NCBI GenBank assembly: GCA_002862745.1
Contig: PKDX01000048.1
Span: 8,696 to 72,695, forward strand
Origin: Bacteroidota bacterium
GTDB taxonomy: Bacteria > Bacteroidota > Bacteroidia > Chitinophagales > UBA8649
Direction: 5' to 3'
Length of the DNA stretch: 64,000 bases
Position 1 is the first letter of the stretch. Each line of letters starts with the position of its first letter. Shown here piece by piece: positions 38,905 through 46,515 of the stretch. Both the position numbers and the translations under genes were made by a program. The notes below the pieces were generated by a model. That model saw only the letters and a program-made list of their open reading frames with translations, did not search any database and had not been told where the DNA came from.

Positions 38905-38930
38905 GTTCGTTTATAGGGATATAAACGAAC
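38905..38930 (+). promoter_or_regulatory. Perfect 11-bp stem / GGGA-loop hairpin ending 2 nt before the next start codon
   Basis: gttcgtttata (38905..38915), ggga, tataaacgaac (38920..38930), then ATG at 38933. No T-run follows, so it is not a canonical terminator. Confidence 0.4.
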
Positions 38931-38932
38931 AA

Positions 38933-39199
38933 ATGCGTATGACAAAAGACGTTACCCTACAACAATTTTTATTGGTTTACTTTCAGGAGGCAGATAATCA
39001 GACGGTACAAGATGTCATGAATGCTCTGTTTACAAGGCCAGATCTTCGAGATGAGTGGCAGGAGATAGTAGATATTTTAGAAGCCCTAAAAAGTCCCATT
39101 CCTTCTCCCTCTGAGTCCTCTTTGAAAATTATTATGGATTACAGCAAGGAATCCAAAAATGAGTCTCGGAATTCCTCGCCAGCATTAGATGTATTCTAA
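38933..39199 (+). CDS. Hypothetical 88-aa protein downstream of the ECF sigma factor (possible soluble partner or anti-sigma)
   Basis: ORF on the same strand, 90 nt after the sigma gene. No predicted TM helix and an acidic/Ser-rich C-terminus. No recognisable motif. Confidence 0.4.
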   Translation: MRMTKDVTLQQFLLVYFQEADNQTVQDVMNALFTRPDLRDEWQEIVDILEALKSPIPSPSESSLKIIMDYSKESKNESRNSSPALDVF

Positions 39200-39328
39200 G
39201 CACCAAAAGTGCCTGTTTTCCACAATAAATTGACGAATTACACATTCTTTTAAAGACTTTACTCTTTACCACATATCCTATGTGTTTTGCTATATTACTT
39301 TTAACCCTGTAACAGTAATACATATATA

Positions 39329-40339
39329 ATGGCAAAAACAGAGAATGTGGCGAGCCACAAAGACAAAGCGCTTAAGCTAACCCTCGATAAGTTAGACAAA
39401 CAATACGGTAAAGGTACCGTAATGAAGCTGGGTGAGAGTCCTACAGTAGAGGTAGATGTGATTTCTACTGGATCAATTGCTTTAGATGCGGCACTCGGTA
39501 TAGGAGGCCTTCCAAGAGGAAGGGTAGTTGAAATTTACGGTCCTGAATCATCTGGTAAGACAACATTAACCCTACATGCTATAGCAGAAACACAGCGTCA
39601 AGGAGGAATCGCTGCCTTCATCGACGCGGAGCATGCATTTGATAAGCATTATGCTAAGGCATTAGGCATTGACACCGATGAGTTACTTATCGCTCAGCCA
39701 GATTGTGGTGAGCAGGCACTTGATATTGCAGAGCATTTGATTCGCTCTGGAGCTATTGACATCTGTGTTATTGATTCTGTAGCTGCTCTGGTTCCCCGAA
39801 GCGAGCTTGAGGGTGAAATGGGCGATTCGAAAATGGGCCTTCAGGCAAGACTTATGTCCCAAGCATTAAGGAAGTTGACAGGTACCATTAACAAGACAGG
39901 TTGTACTTGTATCTTCATTAATCAACTTCGCGAAAAAATCGGGATAATGTTTGGTAATCCTGAAACAACTACGGGAGGGAATGCACTTAAGTTTTATTCT
40001 TCGGTTCGTTTAGATATACGTCGAATTGGTCAGATTAAATCGTCTGATTCAGTAGTAGGAAATAAGACGCGGGTGAAGGTGGTTAAAAACAAAGTGGCCC
40101 CTCCATTTCAAATCGCTGAATTCGAAATACTCTATGGTCAAGGAATATCAAAGACTGGAGAAATTTTAGATCTAGGAGTGCACTTTGGTCACGTTCAGAA
40201 GTCAGGATCATGGTATGCCTACCAAGATACTAAGCTTGGCCAAGGGAAGGAAGCTGCGCGTCAGTTGCTGGAAGATCATCCCGAGTTAGCTGATGAGATA
40301 GAAGCATTAATCCGTAAGGAGATGGAGGGAGATAAATAA
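39329..40339 (+). CDS. recA: Recombinase RecA
   Basis: 336 aa. Walker [20 protein letters not shown] and [10 protein letters not shown]. Confidence 0.95.
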   Translation: MAKTENVASHKDKALKLTLDKLDKQYGKGTVMKLGESPTVEVDVISTGSIALDAALGIGGLPRGRVVEIYGPESSGKTTLTLHAIAETQRQGGIAAFIDAEHAFDKHYAKALGIDTDELLIAQPDCGEQALDIAEHLIRSGAIDICVIDSVAALVPRSELEGEMGDSKMGLQARLMSQALRKLTGTINKTGCTCIFINQLREKIGIMFGNPETTTGGNALKFYSSVRLDIRRIGQIKSSDSVVGNKTRVKVVKNKVAPPFQIAEFEILYGQGISKTGEILDLGVHFGHVQKSGSWYAYQDTKLGQGKEAARQLLEDHPELADEIEALIRKEMEGDK

Positions 40340-40363
40340 CTTATTTTCTCTAATTATCCGAAT

Positions 40364-40395
40364 AAAAAAAGGCTTCCCATTGGGAAGCCTTTTTT
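40364..40395. terminator. Bidirectional rho-independent terminator between recA (+) and a lipoprotein gene (-)
   Basis: A-run 40364..40370, stem ggcttccc (40371..40378) / gggaagcc (40382..40389), then T-run 40390..40395. Confidence 0.75.
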
Positions 40396-40418
40396 GCATA
40401 TTAAGAAAGGGCGTAAAC

Positions 40419-40991
40419 TTATTTAAGGCCTTTCATTACAATTGTTCCAGCAAAATCACCTCCGCCGTTTAGAGTGCTTACAAGTGTATCTCCTTGGAAA
40501 ACTCCATCAATACCAAAGCTAAGATTAGCTGACGCGGAAATGCCCCCGATAACCGGAACAGGTACGTTAAAGGCAAAACCAATGCTTGTTTGCGGAATGT
40601 AGTATTCAGTGCTATTTCTGACTTCACCCACAATTTCCACTGGAATCGTAAAATCTGAATTGAGATCACCTGTTGCGGTTAATGGAAGGGTTACATTAAT
40701 GCGCACCTCATCCGGCCCATCCTCTGCTCCCTGTGTGATAACGGCTGTGGCAGTTTTAGGTGAAGCTTCTGTGCCAGCGTCGAGTGTGATGGAAGCAAGG
40801 CCGCTAACAGAGCCAGAAAGTTGTCCATACATTTCAACATCATAGGTTCCGATGAACTTTGTGTTTACTTGTTCTGCACAATTATCCCCTTCAAAGCCAT
40901 CGGGGCATCCAGCGGCGTTTCCGTCATCCTCACCACAGGAAACGAACCCAAGAAGAGCGATTGCAGAAACTAAAAGAAATGAATTTTTCAT
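40419..40991 (-). CDS. Hypothetical lipoprotein
   Basis: MKNSFLLVSAIALLGFVSCGEDDG lipoprotein signal, followed by a short Cys-rich CPDGFEGDNC motif and a Gly/Thr/Ser-rich beta-type body. Confidence 0.5.
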   Translation of the reverse strand: MKNSFLLVSAIALLGFVSCGEDDGNAAGCPDGFEGDNCAEQVNTKFIGTYDVEMYGQLSGSVSGLASITLDAGTEASPKTATAVITQGAEDGPDEVRINVTLPLTATGDLNSDFTIPVEIVGEVRNSTEYYIPQTSIGFAFNVPVPVIGGISASANLSFGIDGVFQGDTLVSTLNGGGDFAGTIVMKGLK

Positions 40992-41088
40992 AAGGATATT
41001 TTGAGTGTTTTTTAATTCCGTCTAAAGATAGAGATTATAAGATGAATTCGAGGACAAGAAGCCTAAACTCACCGTTGAAGAGTAATGA

Positions 41089-42348
41089 TTATCCGATAAA
41101 CTTGCATGCAAGAAGGCTCAAATCATCTGGGTAGGGTTGTTGCCCCCTGAATCGGTCTGCCTCATTCAGGATATATTCAGATAAACCTTTCGGATTCTCT
41201 TTTGGTGCATTCTTCAGTGATTCTTGTAGGCTTTCCAAGTCATACATGGCCCCTTCGTCATTTTCTATTTCAATGAGTCCATCCGTATACATAAATAACA
41301 TGGCACCTGGTTCGATGGCTATTTCGCCAATAGTGATTTTAGGTAGACTGGTCAGCGCTCCCAATAATGGACATCCTTCCTTTAAAAGCTTTTGCTCTCC
41401 ATTTTGGAGTAATATGGGGGGATTGTGTCCTGCGTTGATGTAGCGCATGATTTGGACTTCATGGTCATATACTCCTAGGAACATCGTAATGAAACGAGCT
41501 GATTTAGTGATCTCTCGAATTTTAAAATTGAGCATGTCCACTATTTGTTCAAGGGGATATTCTCTGCTGATTAAAGCCCTGAGGTTGGCCTGGAAATTAC
41601 TCATTAACATGCCGGCGGAAAGTCCCTTTCCTGAAACATCACAAATGCATAGGGCATATTCATGATCACTGTATTGAAGGTAGTCGTAATAGTCTCCTCC
41701 AATCTCACCATGGGGCTCATAATGACCATAGGCCTCAATGCTCTGAGAAATATCCAGTTTTGTCGGAATGAGGAGTTGCTGAACCTCTGCAGCCAAGTCC
41801 ATTTCCTTTTTTAACTGACTTTGTTCCAGCTGACGCTTAAACAATCGCTTGTTTTCCAAAGAAACCACGATAATATTTGCTAAGGTCTCAATAAGCTTTA
41901 CTTGATCATTGGCTTTTTCAATCTCGCCTTCAAAGAGTGGGCATCCTAGGAGAAGATAGGCAAGCGGTTCTTTTTTATGGGAAATGGGAATAAGCAAATC
42001 AAAAGCTTCAAACCCCTCAAATGGGAAGTTGGTGATCTTTTGAATGAACTGAAATCGTTCTAGATCGTGGCCAACATCAATCTTTTGGATGGCATCTTCT
42101 GCATTGTGTTCCATCCCACATACCCACTCTCCATCTTTGGCGGTACGCGAGAAAAGGAGAATCTTGTTTACATCGAATTGGGCCCTCAGTATGAACTCAA
42201 AAATTCGAAAAATGGCGTGTTTCGAGTAATTGTTGTTGACGGCCTTGGTGACTTCGAGTAAAGAGTTTATTTGATTCTGCTTAACAGCAAGCATTTGAAG
42301 GAGTTCTTCCTTCGATAAGTTTGTATCTACTTGCTTCTTAGTAATCAT
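41089..42348 (-). CDS. PP2C/SpoIIE-family serine phosphatase with an N-terminal GAF-like sensor domain
   Basis: 419 aa. The C-terminal half has GEIGGDYYDY, CDVSGKG, NAGHNPP and TDGLIE motifs of the SpoIIE/RsbU phosphatase domain. The N-terminal roughly 180 aa is GAF-like. Confidence 0.75.
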   Translation of the reverse strand: MITKKQVDTNLSKEELLQMLAVKQNQINSLLEVTKAVNNNYSKHAIFRIFEFILRAQFDVNKILLFSRTAKDGEWVCGMEHNAEDAIQKIDVGHDLERFQFIQKITNFPFEGFEAFDLLIPISHKKEPLAYLLLGCPLFEGEIEKANDQVKLIETLANIIVVSLENKRLFKRQLEQSQLKKEMDLAAEVQQLLIPTKLDISQSIEAYGHYEPHGEIGGDYYDYLQYSDHEYALCICDVSGKGLSAGMLMSNFQANLRALISREYPLEQIVDMLNFKIREITKSARFITMFLGVYDHEVQIMRYINAGHNPPILLQNGEQKLLKEGCPLLGALTSLPKITIGEIAIEPGAMLFMYTDGLIEIENDEGAMYDLESLQESLKNAPKENPKGLSEYILNEADRFRGQQPYPDDLSLLACKFIG

Positions 42349-42373
42349 TTTCCCAACTCAATAATCTTGCCTG

Positions 42374-43597
42374 TCACGGTTTGGTGTTAACCATTCGACC
42401 TTTCCAAAGGTAGCCTTTTCCATTGGATACAATACTCTGAAGTCCTAATACTAGGTTGTAGAGTACACTGATGACTTGGAAGAACGGCATAAGGAGAATA
42501 TCAATAAACTTTAGAGGATATTGGACATATTTAGCGCCATAAAAAATAAGGATGCCATCCACGAGGGTTTTTATAAAAACTCCAATGCATGTAATTCCAA
42601 CATATTTTAGATCCTGATTGTAGAGGCTTATGCCAATAACTCCGAGAAATAAGGCAACAAAAAGTTGGGTAAAAAACATGAGCATCATAACAGCGGTTAT
42701 CTGTTTTGAGGGCATTGTAAATGTTTTTGAAGCCCATCGCCTTCGCTGGTTCCAGAATGTTGGCAGATCGGAAGGGAATTGGGTCTTCATTATGGCATTG
42801 GGATGGAAGCAGAATGCGATATCGTTTGGGTATTTACCATGTACCTTTCGCAAAAGGATAATATCATCTCCCGACGGTTTTCCCTCCCAAGGATAATATG
42901 CTTTTATTTCTTCAAACACTTGGCGCGATATTAAAAGATTCGCCCCATTGGCCATAAGCGGAAGACCTGCCATTAGACTAGTCCCACTAAGTATGGTTAA
43001 GGCAGCTTGTTCCATCATCGCAAAATGTCGTACAAACCCACCTTGGTCAATGGGTTTGATGCCGGCTAGCACCATTTTGCATTGGTTGTTGCGGTTAATC
43101 TCACGGGTAAGGCCCTTGAGCCAACTAGGTTGCGCAATACAATCCCCATCGGTAAAGGCGAGAAATGAAGCTTTGGAAGCCTTTGCACCCATAGTTAAGG
43201 CCCGCTTCTTATTCGGCAGATTTGCATAGGATGCAGATAACTTATGATGCAAGCGAATAATCTGAAGGGCTATTGGCCATTCCTTTTGTTCAATTTGGTT
43301 AAGTACTGACAAAGACCTTTCATCATTGGTAAAGTCATCGACAATGATTACCCCTAAGTGGTCTGCAGGATAGTCTTGTTGCGCAAGTGAATCAATGGTG
43401 CGTTCTAAGAGGGGCTCATTTCGGACGGAAAGAACAATGTCGATGGTAGGCAATTTATAGGGCTTGTCTTTCATGATTTCTGCCGCCTGACCCTCCTTTT
43501 TAGCAAGACGAATAGGCCAGTGCCAAAACAACCACATAGCAAAAAAACAATAGGCTATGACTACCCCCATCCCTATGTAAAGAGTCACTATGAACAT
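42374..43597 (-). CDS. Membrane-embedded family-2 glycosyltransferase with a processive-type QxxRW motif
   Basis: 407 aa. N-terminal TM helix, SVRNE...IVDDF (DxD region), FTDGDC, QRRRWASK, and about 3 C-terminal TM helices. Confidence 0.75.
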   Translation of the reverse strand: MFIVTLYIGMGVVIAYCFFAMWLFWHWPIRLAKKEGQAAEIMKDKPYKLPTIDIVLSVRNEPLLERTIDSLAQQDYPADHLGVIIVDDFTNDERSLSVLNQIEQKEWPIALQIIRLHHKLSASYANLPNKKRALTMGAKASKASFLAFTDGDCIAQPSWLKGLTREINRNNQCKMVLAGIKPIDQGGFVRHFAMMEQAALTILSGTSLMAGLPLMANGANLLISRQVFEEIKAYYPWEGKPSGDDIILLRKVHGKYPNDIAFCFHPNAIMKTQFPSDLPTFWNQRRRWASKTFTMPSKQITAVMMLMFFTQLFVALFLGVIGISLYNQDLKYVGITCIGVFIKTLVDGILIFYGAKYVQYPLKFIDILLMPFFQVISVLYNLVLGLQSIVSNGKGYLWKGRMVNTKP

Positions 43598-43658
43598 TTG
43601 TACAAAAAAATGTTGAGTATGCGTGGAATCAATACGCCGAGAAACGAAGTGTAGGGTC

Positions 43659-43666
43659 TATTTTTG
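43659..43666 (+). promoter_or_regulatory. Candidate -7 promoter element (TATTTTTG) upstream of carB
   Basis: Matches TAnnTTTG 16 nt before ATG 43683. No well-spaced -33 TTG. Confidence 0.3.
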
Positions 43667-43682
43667 AGCACCAAAGCCATTT

Positions 43683-46499
43683 ATGCCAAAAGATACATCG
43701 ATTCAGCACATTTTGATTTTGGGTAGTGGCCCAATTATCATTGGACAAGCCTGTGAATTTGACTATTCCGGAAGTCAAGCATCAAGAGCCATTCGAGAGG
43801 AAGGGATTAAGGTATCCTTGCTCAACGACAATCCAGCGACGATTATGACGGATCCAATGATTGCGGACCATATCTATCTGAAGTCATTAAAGCCAGAGAC
43901 CATTGTCGAGATTTTGTCTTCGAGCGACATCGATACTGTCTTGCCTACGATGGGCGGTCAAACGGCATTAAACCTGGCTAAGGAATGCTCGGAGCTTGGT
44001 ATTTGGGAAAAGCACAACGTAAGAGTACTTGGTGCAGATTTAAATGCGATTGAAAAAACAGAAAACAGAGAGGAGTTTAGACAGTTTATGATGGATATTG
44101 GAATTAAGATATGTCCGTCAAAAGTTGCCAATAGCTTTTTAGAAGGAAAGTCGATTGCTCAAGAATTGGGCTTCCCTTTGGTTATTAGACCTTCATACAC
44201 TCTTGGAGGGTATGGCGGTGGTTTTGTCTTTGGTCCGGAGGATTTTGACGAAAAACTCACTAGAGGATTGGAAGCTTCTCCAACCCATGAAGTGCTTATT
44301 GAAAAAGCGGTAATCGGTTGGAAGGAATATGAACTTGAGTTGCTTCGTGATAGTGCCGATCATGTCACGGTGGTTTGTACGGTAGAAAATCTTGATCCCA
44401 TGGGGATTCACACGGGAGATTCTGTTACCGTTGCTCCGGCTATGACGCTCCCTGATACAGTTTACCAGGATATGCGCAATCAAGCAAAGCTCATGATGAA
44501 AGAGTTAGGTTCTTTTGCTGGAGGATGTAACATCCAATTTTCGGTCAATCCAGAAACAGAGGAAGTTTACTCAATAGAAATGAATCCGAGGGTTTCAAGA
44601 TCGTCGGCATTGGCTTCAAAAGCTACGGGGTATCCCATTGCAAAAATCGCTGCGAAACTAGCCATAGGTTACCGACTTGACGAGTTGGACAATCCCATTA
44701 CAGGAAATACTTCAGCATTATTTGAACCTGCACTAGACTATGTTATAGTGAAGATGCCTCGATGGAACTTTGATAAGTTTAAGGGGGCGGATGCGACGCT
44801 TGGGTTACAAATGAAATCAGTGGGTGAAGTCATGGCGATTGGAAGAAACTTCCAAGAAGCCCTTCAAAAAGCCTGTCAGTCGCTCGAAAATAACCGTATT
44901 GGACTGAGTTCACCCAAAGGAGTTTATTTGAAAACGGACAAGATTCTTGAAGGATTGAAAAATCCATCTTGGGACCGAATTTTTTTAGTTAAAGAAGCCT
45001 ATAAGCTCGGAGTGCCAACGGCAAAAATTCAAGAGCTAACAAAGATTGATATTTGGTACCTCAAGCAGATTCAAGAGTTAGTTCAAATCGAGGAGCGCTT
45101 CCGAGGGAAATCAATGGATGAGGTTTCTGATGAGATGCTCTTTAGTGCTAAGCTGAAAGGATTTAGTGATGCCCAGTTGGCAGAAGCCATGGGTAATATC
45201 ACCGAGGATGAAGTGTATGATGAGCGCCATGCACGCGATATTAAGAGAGTGTATAAGGTCGTCGACACCTGTGCGGGAGAATTCAAGGCAAAGACGCCTT
45301 ATTTCTACAGCAGTTTTGGGTTGGAAAATGAAAGCGAGGTCACAGAAAAACCCAAGGTGATTATTCTGGGTTCTGGTCCTAACCGTATCGGGCAGGGTAT
45401 TGAGTTCGATTATTGTTGCGTTCATGGTGTACAAGCTGTGCAGGAAGCAGGATATGAAGCCATCATGGTGAATTGTAATCCCGAAACCGTCTCGACAGAT
45501 TTTGATTTAGCCGATAAGCTGTATTTCGAACCGATTTATTGGGAGCACCTTCGAGAGATTATTGATTTAGAAAAGCCTCATGGTATCATTGTTCAACTTG
45601 GTGGTCAAACCGCGCTAAAACTCTCCAAACGAATAAAAGACTACGGAGTAAAGATCTTAGGATCAAGTTATGATGCGATGGATATGGCGGAAGATCGTGA
45701 ACGATTCTCTGACCTTCTGAAGGATTTAGGTATTCCTTATCCAAAATATGGTGCAGCTAAAACGGCAGAAGAAGCTATAGTTGTAGCCAACGAGGTTGGT
45801 TACCCTGTTCTTGTTCGTCCTTCCTATGTTCTAGGTGGACAGCGTATGAAAATTGTAATCAATGATGATGAGTTGACGACAGCAGTTTTGAAAATCTTGA
45901 AGTATCATCCTGATAACAATATTTTGATTGATCACTTCTTAGTTCGAGCAAAGGAGGCAGAAGTAGACGCTATTTTTGATGGGAAAAATGTTCAAATCAT
46001 GGGGATTATGGAACATATTGAGCCTGCGGGAATCCATTCAGGGGATTCTAATGCAGTCCTTCCTCCATTTACTCTTGGCGAGTTTGTGATTAAGCAAATG
46101 GAAAAGTTTACTGCGGAGATCGCTAAGGCACTCGATGTAAGGGGGTTGCTCAATGTTCAGTTTGCGATTAAAGACGATGAAGTTTACGTTATTGAAGCTA
46201 ATCCAAGAGCTTCAAGAACTACGCCTTTTATCTGCAAGGCCTATGGCATTCCTTATCTAAATATTGCCACCAAGGTTATGGTTGAGGCCAATACGCTGGA
46301 GGACTTTACCATGGAGCCTAATCTCGAAGGTTACGCCATTAAAGAGCCTGTTTTTTCATTCCATAAATTTCCTGACGTCAATAAAGAGCTCGGGCCGGAA
46401 ATGAAGTCAACAGGAGAGCGAATCTATTTTATAAAAGATACCCTTGACCCTTACTTCAGAGACTTGCATAAAGTGCGTTCTATGTACCTTAGACGGTAG
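43683..46499 (+). CDS. carB: Carbamoyl-phosphate synthase large subunit CarB (short form lacking the C-terminal MGS-like allosteric domain)
   Basis: 938 aa. Duplicated ATP-grasp halves beginning GSGPIIIGQACEFDYSGSQA and GSGPNRIGQGIEFDYCCVH. Only about 30 aa follow GPEMKSTGE. Confidence 0.9.
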   Translation: MPKDTSIQHILILGSGPIIIGQACEFDYSGSQASRAIREEGIKVSLLNDNPATIMTDPMIADHIYLKSLKPETIVEILSSSDIDTVLPTMGGQTALNLAKECSELGIWEKHNVRVLGADLNAIEKTENREEFRQFMMDIGIKICPSKVANSFLEGKSIAQELGFPLVIRPSYTLGGYGGGFVFGPEDFDEKLTRGLEASPTHEVLIEKAVIGWKEYELELLRDSADHVTVVCTVENLDPMGIHTGDSVTVAPAMTLPDTVYQDMRNQAKLMMKELGSFAGGCNIQFSVNPETEEVYSIEMNPRVSRSSALASKATGYPIAKIAAKLAIGYRLDELDNPITGNTSALFEPALDYVIVKMPRWNFDKFKGADATLGLQMKSVGEVMAIGRNFQEALQKACQSLENNRIGLSSPKGVYLKTDKILEGLKNPSWDRIFLVKEAYKLGVPTAKIQELTKIDIWYLKQIQELVQIEERFRGKSMDEVSDEMLFSAKLKGFSDAQLAEAMGNITEDEVYDERHARDIKRVYKVVDTCAGEFKAKTPYFYSSFGLENESEVTEKPKVIILGSGPNRIGQGIEFDYCCVHGVQAVQEAGYEAIMVNCNPETVSTDFDLADKLYFEPIYWEHLREIIDLEKPHGIIVQLGGQTALKLSKRIKDYGVKILGSSYDAMDMAEDRERFSDLLKDLGIPYPKYGAAKTAEEAIVVANEVGYPVLVRPSYVLGGQRMKIVINDDELTTAVLKILKYHPDNNILIDHFLVRAKEAEVDAIFDGKNVQIMGIMEHIEPAGIHSGDSNAVLPPFTLGEFVIKQMEKFTAEIAKALDVRGLLNVQFAIKDDEVYVIEANPRASRTTPFICKAYGIPYLNIATKVMVEANTLEDFTMEPNLEGYAIKEPVFSFHKFPDVNKELGPEMKSTGERIYFIKDTLDPYFRDLHKVRSMYLRR

Positions 46500-46515
46500 A
46501 ACCTAGTAAACGCAA

